Shown here in pieces: positions 46,531-56,110 of a stretch of 64,000 bases of DNA. Location: assembly GCA_934098455.1 (NCBI GenBank), contig CAKOOU010000001.1, positions 135,933 through 199,932 of the forward strand, read 5' to 3'. The notes beneath the pieces were generated by a model. That model searched no databases, was not told the DNA's origin, and was given only the letters and a program-made list of their open reading frames with translations. This stretch comes from an uncultured Bacilli bacterium (GTDB taxonomy: Bacteria > Bacillota_I > Bacilli_A > RF39 > UBA660). The position numbers and the translations under genes were made by a program. The first letter of the stretch is position 1. Each line of letters opens with the position of its first letter.

Positions 46531-48909
46531 ATGTTAAATATTAAAATGTTTAGGGATATAAAAAAGAATAAAAGTCAATTCTTAACAATATTCCTAATGG
46601 TAATGATTGGAATAATGGTATATGTCGGTATAGAAGCATACATGACAGGTATGACTCATACTAGTGATAAATTTTATTCTGAAAACAATTTACAAGATTT
46701 AAATGTAATAGGAGAAAATTTAACAAAAGAAGACTTAAAGGATATTAAATCAATAGATAATGTAAAAGATGCTGAAAGAAAATTGGTCTTAACAGGTACT
46801 AATCCAGATGAAAAAGATACAACATACTTAATATCATTTATAGAATCAAATAATATATCAAAATTCTATATAGTAGATGGAGAAAAATTCAACAAAGATA
46901 AAAAAGGTGTTTGGGTAAATAACTTTTATGCAGAAGAAAATAATTTAAAAGTAGGTGATACAATAAAAATAAAATATGATACATTTACTCTAGAAGAAAA
47001 AATTCTAGGTTTAATAAATGTACCAGATCATATATATGATGTAAAAGATTCTTCAGAATTATTTCCAAACAGAAAAGAATTTGGATTTATATATTTATCA
47101 TCAAATGAAATACCTTCTTCGTACATAGAATCAATGGTAAAAAAACAAATGAATTTACCTGAAAACGTTGATTTAAAACAAATAAAAAAAGATTTTGATT
47201 ACAAAGACTACATTCCATATAATTACATCATGGTAGATGTAAATAAAAAAAGTAATGTAAATAATGTAAAAAATGATATAGAAGATAATATAAAAAATGC
47301 ACTAGGAATAGTTAAAATAGAAGATAGTTTATCTTATTCAATGTATCAAGGAGAAATAGATGAAGGAAAAGCATATATAGGAATATTTTCAGGATTATTC
47401 TTGTTTATAGCAATGTTATCAGTTATAACTACAATGACTAGAGTTATAAAACAACAAAAATTAGAAATAGGTACATTAAAAGCATTAGGATTTAAAAAAA
47501 GTAGAATATCATTACATTATATAAATTATGGATTTATTATATCTTTATTAGCAGCAATAGCAGGTATAATTTTAGGAAGATATTTTATAGGTAATGTATT
47601 TATAGGTATGGAAATGTCCTTCTTCGAAATACCAAATGGAAAAGCTGTTATAGAACCAAGCAGCTATTTAGTTGCAGCTTTAGTAATTTTAGGAATATCA
47701 TTTATAACATACTTAACTTGTTTAAAAGAATTAAGAAAGAAACCAGCAGAATCATTAAGAAATGAACTTCCAAAAGTAAAAAATAAAAATTTAAATATAA
47801 CTACAAAAGGAGTATTTAAACACTTACCTTTCTCTACTAAATGGAATATAAGAGACATAATAAGAAATAAAATAAGAACAATAACAGGTGTTATTGGTAT
47901 AGTAGGATGTTGTACTCTAATAGTTTGTGCAGTAGGTATGTTAAACAGCATGAACCATTTCATAAATTTACAATTTGAAGATTTATACAACTTTAAATAT
48001 AAACTTACTTTAAAAGAAAACTTAAGTGAAAAAGATTTAAAAACATTAATAGATAAATATGGTAATTATACAAGTGAAACATTAAATATAGAAATAAAAG
48101 ACATCGATAATAATAGAACAACTAACACTATATTCATAACAGATGCAAAAGATAAAATAAGATTTCAAAATCCAGAAGATAAATACATAAAATTAAATAA
48201 TGATACTGGAGTATATATTACACGTAAATTAAGTGAAAGTACTAATTTAAAAGTTGGAGACACAATCAAATGGCATATATATGGAAATAAAACATATTAT
48301 GATTCAAAAATAGTAGGAATAACTAAAGACCCACAACAACAAAATATTGTAATGAAAAGAAAATATTTAGAAAGCTTAAACATAGATTATAAACCAGATT
48401 CTCTATATACAAATAACAATCTAAAAAATATAAAAGAAATAAATAATGTATCATTAATTCAAAATAAATCAAATCTTAAATCTAGTATGGAATCAATGTT
48501 ATCTATGATGAAAAAAATGATTATATTAATAATATTAATAGCATGTCTATTAGGATCAGTAATTATATATAATATGGGAATATTATCCTATAGTGAAAAA
48601 CAATATCAATTTGCAACTTTAAAAGTATTAGGATTTAAAGATAAACAAATAAAAAATATATTCATTGAACAAAATATATGGATAACTATTATATCAATAT
48701 TAATTGGATTACCAAGTGGATATTATTTAACAAGCTGGTTATTCAAAAAATGTTTAGACGATAATTTTGACTTCAATGTGTATATAAAACCAACAACTTA
48801 TATAATAGCAACTATAGGAACTTTCTTAGTATCATATTTAGTATCGCTTATATTATCTAAAAAAATAAAGAAAATAGATATGGTAAGTAGTTTAAAAGGT
48901 AATGAATAA
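46531..48909 (+). CDS. ABC transporter permease with two FtsX-type domains
   Basis: It is 792 aa with two 4-TM FtsX-like modules separated by large extracytoplasmic domains. It is coupled to the upstream ATPase. Confidence 0.88.
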   Translation: MLNIKMFRDIKKNKSQFLTIFLMVMIGIMVYVGIEAYMTGMTHTSDKFYSENNLQDLNVIGENLTKEDLKDIKSIDNVKDAERKLVLTGTNPDEKDTTYLISFIESNNISKFYIVDGEKFNKDKKGVWVNNFYAEENNLKVGDTIKIKYDTFTLEEKILGLINVPDHIYDVKDSSELFPNRKEFGFIYLSSNEIPSSYIESMVKKQMNLPENVDLKQIKKDFDYKDYIPYNYIMVDVNKKSNVNNVKNDIEDNIKNALGIVKIEDSLSYSMYQGEIDEGKAYIGIFSGLFLFIAMLSVITTMTRVIKQQKLEIGTLKALGFKKSRISLHYINYGFIISLLAAIAGIILGRYFIGNVFIGMEMSFFEIPNGKAVIEPSSYLVAALVILGISFITYLTCLKELRKKPAESLRNELPKVKNKNLNITTKGVFKHLPFSTKWNIRDIIRNKIRTITGVIGIVGCCTLIVCAVGMLNSMNHFINLQFEDLYNFKYKLTLKENLSEKDLKTLIDKYGNYTSETLNIEIKDIDNNRTTNTIFITDAKDKIRFQNPEDKYIKLNNDTGVYITRKLSESTNLKVGDTIKWHIYGNKTYYDSKIVGITKDPQQQNIVMKRKYLESLNIDYKPDSLYTNNNLKNIKEINNVSLIQNKSNLKSSMESMLSMMKKMIILIILIACLLGSVIIYNMGILSYSEKQYQFATLKVLGFKDKQIKNIFIEQNIWITIISILIGLPSGYYLTSWLFKKCLDDNFDFNVYIKPTTYIIATIGTFLVSYLVSLILSKKIKKIDMVSSLKGNE

Positions 48910-48936
48910 GTTATATAATATATACGGAGGATAGAT

Positions 48937-49635
48937 ATGATTAAATTAGTAATTGTTAGACATGGACAAAGTATATGGAATTTAGAAAATAAATTTACTG
49001 GTTGGACAGACGTAGATTTATCTGAAAATGGTATTAAAGAAGCAAAGGAAGCAGGAAAAATCTTAAAATCAAAAAATTATAAATTTGATATAGCTTATAC
49101 ATCACTTTTAAAACGTGCACAAGATACCCTAAAATATATTTTAGAAGAATTAGATGAAACTAATATAGAAATAAAAGAATCATATAAATTAAATGAAAGA
49201 CATTATGGTGCACTTCAAGGACTTAATAAAGATGAAACTCGTAAAAAGTATGGTGACGAACAAGTAAAATTATGGAGAAGAAGTATGTTTATAAAACCTC
49301 CTGCACTATCTTTAGATGATGAAAGATATCCTGGAAATGGTATAAAATATAAAGATTTAAATAAAGAAGAATTACCAACTACAGAAAATTTACAAGATAC
49401 AATTAATAGAGTTATTGATTATTGGAACAGTGATATAAAAAAAGACTTATTAAATAATAAAAATGTAATTATAGTAGCTCACGGAAATAGTTTAAGAGGT
49501 TTAATAAAATATTTAGACAACGTAAGCGATGAAGAAATAATGAATATAGAACTTCCAACTGGTAGACCAATTTGTTATGAACTAGATGAAAATTTAATAC
49601 CAATAAAACATTATTATGTAGATGAAACAGAATAA
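48937..49635 (+). CDS. gpmA: 2,3-bisphosphoglycerate-dependent phosphoglycerate mutase
   Basis: It reads [25 protein letters not shown], with the catalytic RHG, and IVAHGNSLR. Confidence 0.92.
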   Translation: MIKLVIVRHGQSIWNLENKFTGWTDVDLSENGIKEAKEAGKILKSKNYKFDIAYTSLLKRAQDTLKYILEELDETNIEIKESYKLNERHYGALQGLNKDETRKKYGDEQVKLWRRSMFIKPPALSLDDERYPGNGIKYKDLNKEELPTTENLQDTINRVIDYWNSDIKKDLLNNKNVIIVAHGNSLRGLIKYLDNVSDEEIMNIELPTGRPICYELDENLIPIKHYYVDETE

Positions 49636-49720
49636 AATCTGTTTTTTTTATAAAAAATATAATAAGAAATATAATTTATGAAATAAAATGATAATTTATT
49701 CTTTTTTTCATATAATAGTA

Positions 49721-49750
49721 TTGACAATTGAACAATCGTTCAACTATAAT
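49721..49750 (+). promoter_or_regulatory. cadC promoter with embedded ArsR/SmtB-type operator
   Basis: TTGACA (49721-49726) is separated by N18 from TATAAT (49745-49750). The palindrome TTGAACAATCGTTCAA (49728-49743) fills the spacer. Confidence 0.55.
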
Positions 49751-49772
49751 ATAATTGTAAGGAGAATTAAAT

Positions 49773-50156
49773 ATGTCAATCAAAACTAATTTAATGTGTG
49801 ATTGTAATATAATACATGAACACAAAGTAAAAGAAACTAAAAAAAATATGCTAAAACTAAAAACAATAGAAGACATGTCAAACTTTTTTAAGATATTAGG
49901 TGACCCAACTAGAATAAAAATACTTAATACTTTAGATGATAATGAAATGTGCGTATGTGATATTGCAAACGTCCTTAACATGACAAAATCAACAATATCT
50001 CACCAATTAAATATTTTAAGAATAAACAACATTGTTAGATACAAAAAAATGGGCAAAGAAGTATATTATACTTTAGATGATGAACATGTAAAAGAAGTTT
50101 TCGAAATAGCCTTATCACACATAGGTCATAAAGGAGAAACAAATGAAAAAATATAA
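49773..50156 (+). CDS. cadC: ArsR/SmtB-family metalloregulator (CadC-like)
   Basis: It reads FFKILGDPTRIKILNTLDDNEMCVCDIANVLNMTKSTISHQLNILR, with the CVC metal-site motif in the HTH. It overlaps cadA by 14 nt. Confidence 0.88.
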   Translation: MSIKTNLMCDCNIIHEHKVKETKKNMLKLKTIEDMSNFFKILGDPTRIKILNTLDDNEMCVCDIANVLNMTKSTISHQLNILRINNIVRYKKMGKEVYYTLDDEHVKEVFEIALSHIGHKGETNEKI

Positions 50157-52164
50157 ATATAATATAAATAATTTAGATTGTGCAAATTGTGCCAGAGAAA
50201 TAGAAGAAATGCTAAATAAAAGAGATGACATGAAAAATGTGATAGTAAATTTTAACACTTCAATTTTATCATATGAATCTGAAAAAGAATTTACACTAAA
50301 TGAATTAAACAGCATAGTAAAAAGTATAGAACCAGACTCATACTTATCAGAAGAAAAAATAGAAATAAAAAAAGAATATCACTTAAGTATTTTAATAATT
50401 GCAATAATTTTATGTTCTTTATCTTATTTTCTAAAAATATCAAATACATTAAAAACAATATTATACATTATATCATATACGTTACTATTATATAGAACAA
50501 CAATCAACGCAATAAAGTTATTAGTACAAAGTCATAGCATAAATGAAAATTTATTGATAACAATATCATGTATAGGAGCATTACTGCTTGGTGAAGTAAT
50601 GGAAGGTATGATGGTAATCGTACTTTATACAATAGGCAAAATATTGGAAGAAAAAGCAATTAACAATTCAAGACGTTCTATAAAAGATTTATTAGATATT
50701 AAAGAACCATATGCAAATTTAAAAAAGTATAACAAAGTTCAAAAAATAGAAGTAGAAAAAATAAATATTGGAGATATACTAGTTGTTAAAAAAGGCGAAA
50801 AAGTTCCAGTAGATGGAGTAATTGTAAAAGGAAATTCATCATTCGAAATGTCTAGCTTAACAGGAGAATCAGATTTAGTAGAAAAAAATAAAAATGACGA
50901 ATTATTATCTGGCTCAATAAACATGGGTGAAGTAATTGAAATGAAAGCTTCTAAAGAATATAATGAATCTACTGTAGCAAAAATATTAGATTTGCTAGAA
51001 AGCGCAACAGATAAAAAAACAAAAACAGAAACAATGATATCAAAGATATCAAAAATATATACTCCAGCAGTAATCATATTAGCCATCTTAATAATTATAT
51101 TTTTACCACTAATTTTTAATGTTGAATTAAATGATGCAATTTATAGAGGATTAACTTTCCTAGTAATTTCATGTCCTTGTGCTATAGCAATAAGTATTCC
51201 ATTATCATACTTTACTGGAATAGGTGTATCTAGTAAAAAAGGAATACTAATAAAAGGTAGTGATTATCTAGATAATTTAAGTAATGCTAAAAATATTATA
51301 TTTGATAAAACTGGCACACTAACTTATGGTACAATCACAGTTTCAGATATAGAAGTATTTAATGATAATTATTCTATAGAAAAAGTTATAGAAATATTAA
51401 AAAAAGGTGAATCATTATCTAATCATCCTATAGCAAAAGCTGTTATGAAATTGCCATCAAAAAAAATAAATAACAAAGATGTATTAAATTTTAAAGAAAT
51501 TGAAGGTAAAGGAATAGAGTTTGATTTAAAAAATGACCACATAAAAATAGGGAATAAAAAAATATGTGATTGTAATGATGATACAATTCTTCATTTAAAT
51601 ATAAATGGAAAACACATAGCATCCATTACATTAGATGATGGAATAAAAGAAAATGCATATGATACTATACATAAATTAAAAAAACAAGGAATAAAAACTT
51701 ATATGTTTACTGGAGATAAAAAAGATGTTGCGTTAGCTATCGGTGACATGTTAGAAATAGATGAAATAAAATATGAAATGCTACCAACAGACAAATTTAA
51801 AAATTATGAATTAGTTAGTAAAACTGGAACAACAATTTTTGTGGGCGATGGAATAAATGATGCACCAGTGTTAAAAAGAGCTGATATTGGTATATCAATG
51901 GGTAATGTAGGCTCTGATTCAGCTATTGAAGCTAGTGATATAGTATTGATTTCAGATGAATTAGATAAAATACCAGAAACGATAAATATTTCAAAATACA
52001 CAAAATACATAATAAGACAAAATCTAATATTTGCAATGTCAGTTAAAATAATAATATTATTACTTGGTATTCTTGGATATGCTAACATGTATTTGGCAGT
52101 ATTTGCAGATACAGGTGTCACGTTGCTAACTATTATAAACACTCTAAGAATAACAAAAAAGTAA
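50143..52164 (+). CDS. cadA: Heavy-metal (Cd/Zn/Co-type) P1B-ATPase
   Basis: It has an N-terminal HMA CxxC (LDCANCAREIE), the TM CPC motif (SCPCAIAIS), the phosphorylation site DKTGTLT, and the hinge GDGINDAP. Confidence 0.92.
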   Translation: MKKYKYNINNLDCANCAREIEEMLNKRDDMKNVIVNFNTSILSYESEKEFTLNELNSIVKSIEPDSYLSEEKIEIKKEYHLSILIIAIILCSLSYFLKISNTLKTILYIISYTLLLYRTTINAIKLLVQSHSINENLLITISCIGALLLGEVMEGMMVIVLYTIGKILEEKAINNSRRSIKDLLDIKEPYANLKKYNKVQKIEVEKINIGDILVVKKGEKVPVDGVIVKGNSSFEMSSLTGESDLVEKNKNDELLSGSINMGEVIEMKASKEYNESTVAKILDLLESATDKKTKTETMISKISKIYTPAVIILAILIIIFLPLIFNVELNDAIYRGLTFLVISCPCAIAISIPLSYFTGIGVSSKKGILIKGSDYLDNLSNAKNIIFDKTGTLTYGTITVSDIEVFNDNYSIEKVIEILKKGESLSNHPIAKAVMKLPSKKINNKDVLNFKEIEGKGIEFDLKNDHIKIGNKKICDCNDDTILHLNINGKHIASITLDDGIKENAYDTIHKLKKQGIKTYMFTGDKKDVALAIGDMLEIDEIKYEMLPTDKFKNYELVSKTGTTIFVGDGINDAPVLKRADIGISMGNVGSDSAIEASDIVLISDELDKIPETINISKYTKYIIRQNLIFAMSVKIIILLLGILGYANMYLAVFADTGVTLLTIINTLRITKK

Positions 52165-52348
52165 AATAATTGAAAAATAAATGCAAACAGACATAAAAAC
52201 GCCACTTTTAAACAAAATAAATATATTTACTTTATAAAATGATATACTTTAAGAGTGCTGAGTATTAAAGCGAGTAAAGTTTTGTGTATTATATATGATT
52301 TATAATATTCAGACACAAAATAGAATATATGCTTCACTATATTCTATT

Positions 52349-53101
52349 TTAATTTGTCAAAAACAATCTTAATTTAAATTTCCAAAGTGGCATACTAGAA
52401 TTAATACTAAGTCTAGGAATAACATATCTATTATCAGTTTTATAAGCTTTTTTAAAATCACTCTTATACCCAAATCCAAATGCTAGGTTAAAATCATTTT
52501 CTTTCAAAGCATTTATCATCTTGTCATTATACTCTCCATATGGATAAGCAAAGTATTTAGTGTCAATAACTTTCTTCTGCTCATTAAAATCATTTAAAAT
52601 TTCTTCATAACTCATAATTCTAGCACCATGATTATCATGCATATCAAAACTATGAGAAGCAAATTCAATATTAGGATATTCTTTTTTAGTTTTTTCAATA
52701 AGTTCTTTATTAAAATAAGTATCATTGTTATTTAACGTTTCTTTTCCTATAATAAATACAACGGCATTTAAGTTGTATTTTTTTAAAATTGGAAAAGCGT
52801 ATTCATAATTACTTCTATATCCATCATCAAATGTTATTAATACACTTCTCTTACTAACTTTTAATTTACCATTCATATAATCATTCATTTCATCTAATGT
52901 TAAACTTTTAAATCCCATATTCTTAATATACTTCATTTCTTTATCAAATTTATCAACAAAAATACTCATGTCATTACTCTCATCATTATAATTGATAATA
53001 TTGTGGTATCCCAGTACAGCAACTTTATTGGGCGAAAACATATATATAACAACTAAAACACCAATTAATATACAAATAGTTAATAATATTTTTTTCTTCA
53101 T
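52349..53101 (-). CDS. Polysaccharide deacetylase (NodB homology domain), membrane-anchored
   Basis: It has [32 protein letters not shown]. The start was set at MKKKILLT (ATG 53101) after AGGTGA. Confidence 0.85.
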   Translation of the reverse strand: MKKKILLTICILIGVLVVIYMFSPNKVAVLGYHNIINYNDESNDMSIFVDKFDKEMKYIKNMGFKSLTLDEMNDYMNGKLKVSKRSVLITFDDGYRSNYEYAFPILKKYNLNAVVFIIGKETLNNNDTYFNKELIEKTKKEYPNIEFASHSFDMHDNHGARIMSYEEILNDFNEQKKVIDTKYFAYPYGEYNDKMINALKENDFNLAFGFGYKSDFKKAYKTDNRYVIPRLSINSSMPLWKFKLRLFLTN

Positions 53102-53149
53102 AAACTCATCACCTATCAATAATATACTACTATATCTTAACAAAATCTA

Positions 53150-54577
53150 CTATTTAATTATTTCAATAAAATCTTTATAATCATCTAATAATTCTTTAAC
53201 AAAAATAGACATGTTATTTTTATCCACCAACATATAAACATTATTCTTAGTTCTAGTTATCGCAACATAAAATAATCTTCTTTCTTCATCATACTTATAT
53301 AATTCTTTATCGAACAAATAATTAATTATTTTATTATTCTTTATTTTACTAGGAAATCCCATAACATTATCACTTAAATTAATTAAAATAATATTATCAC
53401 TTTCAAGTCCTTTAGATTTATGAACTGTAAAATAATTTACATTGTTAATATCTATACCTTTTTCCACATAATATTTTATATCAACATTATTTCTGCCAAT
53501 TATCATATAATTTTCTTTACATAATCTAACTAAATTTTTTAAACCCTTTATTTTATTGCTACAAAAATATATTTTTATAGGTTTATTATTACTCTTATTA
53601 CTAAACAATTCTTTCTTAAATTGATACTTGTTTTTACAAATAAAATTATTAGAAACATACAACAATTCTTTACTATTTCTATAAGTATTCTTTAAATACA
53701 TTATTTCACTATCTTTAAAATACTTTTTAAAATTTAAAAATAATTCTATATCACTACCCGCAAATCTATATATACTTTGGTAATCATCACCAACGCACAT
53801 TATTCTAGCATTATTATATTTCATAATACTTCTTATTAAATTTAACCTAATTTTACTACTATCTTGAAATTCATCTATTATTATATATTTATAATTTAAT
53901 TTAATCTTATACTTATCAACTAACTCTCTAGATTTTATAATCATATCATTTAAATCAATACTATTAGTACCATTAAGTTCATTTTCATAAATTTTATATA
54001 TTTCTAAAATAAATTTAAATGTAATTTTATAAATACTCTTCTTATATAAATCATATATAAAATTAATATCATATCCTTTATTTTTAACTAAATTAATAAA
54101 AGTCAATATATTTTTTTTATACAACATAAATTCTTTACTATTAACAATTTCATCATATTTAATTTTTTTAAATAATAACATAATTAAATATTTTCTATAA
54201 CTATATTTTACAACACTTAAAAAATACTCATTTACTATATATTCTAAATAATTATTATCATATATATTTACTTTATTATGATATTTATTAATTATATTTA
54301 AACCTAACTTATGAAATGTATAACAATCTACATTTAATCCTATTTTACATAATTTATTTTTTAATCCATTAGTTGCTTCATTAGTTAAACTAATACAAAG
54401 TATTTCACTTTCTTTAATACCATTATAAATTAAATATTTTACCTTACCTAAAATAGTACTTGTCTTACCACAACCAGCACCTGCTACAACTAACAAATTT
54501 TTATCACATTTAACACATTCTACTTGATATTTATCTAAACTATATCCATCTATATAAAACAATTTATTTTCTTCCAT
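53150..54577 (-). CDS. Compact UvrD/Rep/helicase IV-like SF1 helicase (475 aa)
   Basis: It has Walker A AGAGCGKTS, motif II IIIDEFQD, VGDDYQSIYRFAGS, TVHKSKGLESDNIILINL, and RRLFYVAITRTKNNVYML. Confidence 0.85.
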   Translation of the reverse strand: MEENKLFYIDGYSLDKYQVECVKCDKNLLVVAGAGCGKTSTILGKVKYLIYNGIKESEILCISLTNEATNGLKNKLCKIGLNVDCYTFHKLGLNIINKYHNKVNIYDNNYLEYIVNEYFLSVVKYSYRKYLIMLLFKKIKYDEIVNSKEFMLYKKNILTFINLVKNKGYDINFIYDLYKKSIYKITFKFILEIYKIYENELNGTNSIDLNDMIIKSRELVDKYKIKLNYKYIIIDEFQDSSKIRLNLIRSIMKYNNARIMCVGDDYQSIYRFAGSDIELFLNFKKYFKDSEIMYLKNTYRNSKELLYVSNNFICKNKYQFKKELFSNKSNNKPIKIYFCSNKIKGLKNLVRLCKENYMIIGRNNVDIKYYVEKGIDINNVNYFTVHKSKGLESDNIILINLSDNVMGFPSKIKNNKIINYLFDKELYKYDEERRLFYVAITRTKNNVYMLVDKNNMSIFVKELLDDYKDFIEIIK

Positions 54578-54888
54578 TAAAAACCCTCCTACTTATATTA
54601 TTGTGAAAAAATTTGCATTTCCTTTTTTTTATTGTAAAACTTTACACTTTTATGTAAAATGTAGTAAGTATAATATGGTTTATATGTGAATGATAAAGTT
54701 AATTTTAAAGTTTTTTTAAAGATAATATTGTTTTTTTATATTTATATGTAATATATTACATTTGTTTTTTTATATATATTTTTATTGTATTTTTGTTGTG
54801 CTATATAATATTTTGTATTATAATACTTGTAGGGATATTTAATTGTTGAGTACTTGCCTACTTTCATTTAGAGAGGAGGCTTGATTTT

Positions 54889-54978
54889 ATGAAGAAAAAA
54901 GATTTATTAATCTCGCTTCTAATATTAATTATCATTTTATTAATAGTTTCTATAATGATTCTATGCATAAAAAAATAG
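54889..54978 (+). CDS. Type I toxin-like small hydrophobic peptide (29 aa), locus 3
   Basis: The ORF is MKKKDLLISLLILIIILLIVSIMILCIKK after GAGAGGAGG. A TTGTGC-N17-TATAAT promoter lies at 54796-54824. The 5' arm GTTGAGTA (54845-54852) and CCTAC (54857-54861) pair with TACTCAAC (55032-55039) and GTAGG (55027-55031). The 3' end is ...GTACTCCC followed by T7. Confidence 0.5.
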   Translation: MKKKDLLISLLILIIILLIVSIMILCIKK

Positions 54979-55089
54979 TACTCAATCTAAACTTAGTAGA
55001 TTAAAGTACTAAACACCATTATAAAGGTAGGTACTCAACTCACTAAAATTAAGTACTCCCTTTTTTTATTGTATTCAAATTTCTTTGAC
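54969..55089 (-). ncRNA. Candidate antitoxin sRNA antisense to the 3' UTR of locus 3
   Basis: On the minus strand, TTGCAT (55124-55119) is separated by N17 from TATCAT (55101-55096). The terminator hairpin AGTACT..AATCTA/TAGATT..AGTACT (55010-54977) is followed by T7 (plus-strand A7 54969-54975) and overlaps the last toxin codons. Confidence 0.45.
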
Positions 55090-55206
55090 ATATTCATGAT
55101 ATCATAGTTTATTTAATTATGCAATGTTTAGTTTACGCTATATTGCAATATTTCTATTTGAAATATAGAAAAGTATATGCTATCCTAATAATAGGATGGT
55201 GTAATA

Positions 55207-56052
55207 ATGAAAGAAACTAAAAAAATAAATAAAGGAATAATAACAGTGATAATTTTACTTATATTAGTTATATTAAGCCTTATAGGTTATATAATTTATG
55301 AAAAGATAAAAAGTGATAGAACCTTACAAAATTCAAATAATATTACAACATCTAGTACAACAACAACTGAAAGTAATAAATTATCTGACAAAGAAATAGA
55401 AGAATACTTAAGTTATGTACCAATAAAACCAGAAACTGACTTAATTTCTAATTATAATGAATATTATGATTATGATGAAGATGCATATAGTGGTAAAATT
55501 GAAAACATAAATAACATAAATGAAAAATTATTATTAGCACATGCATACAATAATGCAAAAGAAACTAATACTGAGGAAGAAATCACATCAAATATGTGTG
55601 GAGATAGTGTTAAATGTAGAGCTGATAAATATGTATTAGAATCTGATTTAATTTCAGAAATGAAAAAAATGTACAATATTAACACAATTAACTCTAAATC
55701 ATTTAAAATTCCAGGCGGAATTGTTGAACATAACGAAAAATATTATGTAGCATTTATGAACTTAGGATCCTCTCCAATAAATAAAATTAATAAAGTTTTA
55801 AAGTATGAATTTAATAATAATAATTTAATAATATATGAAAAAGCTGGATTTATAGTTGATTTACAAGGAGAAATCTCTATTTTAAAAACTACAAATAAAA
55901 ATGACATCACGAAGGAGGATCCATATACTAATAAAGATGATGCTATTAAATATATAGAACAAAACATTAGCGATTTTAATACATATAAACATACATTTAA
56001 ATTAAATGAAAATAATAATTATTACTGGTATAGTACTGAATTAAGCAACTAA
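55207..56052 (+). CDS. N-terminally membrane-anchored extracytoplasmic protein, paralogue 3 of 3
   Basis: It starts MKETKKINKGIITVIILLILVILSLIGYIIYEK. The C-terminal end NNYYWYSTELSN resembles SGYYLYKLTKLN of paralogue 2. Confidence 0.8.
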   Translation: MKETKKINKGIITVIILLILVILSLIGYIIYEKIKSDRTLQNSNNITTSSTTTTESNKLSDKEIEEYLSYVPIKPETDLISNYNEYYDYDEDAYSGKIENINNINEKLLLAHAYNNAKETNTEEEITSNMCGDSVKCRADKYVLESDLISEMKKMYNINTINSKSFKIPGGIVEHNEKYYVAFMNLGSSPINKINKVLKYEFNNNNLIIYEKAGFIVDLQGEISILKTTNKNDITKEDPYTNKDDAIKYIEQNISDFNTYKHTFKLNENNNYYWYSTELSN

Positions 56053-56110
56053 AAAAGTAAAGAAATAATTTTATAAATCTTTACTTTTTTCTTTACTATA
56101 ATATTAAATA

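Noticed and set aside
49728-49743. A GAAC-N4-GTTC core that also matches the Gram-positive LexA (Cheo) box
   Set aside because: It sits in the spacer of the promoter of an ArsR/CadC-type autoregulated operon. It fits the TGAACA-N2-xGTTCA ArsR/SmtB operator pattern, and no SOS-type gene lies downstream.
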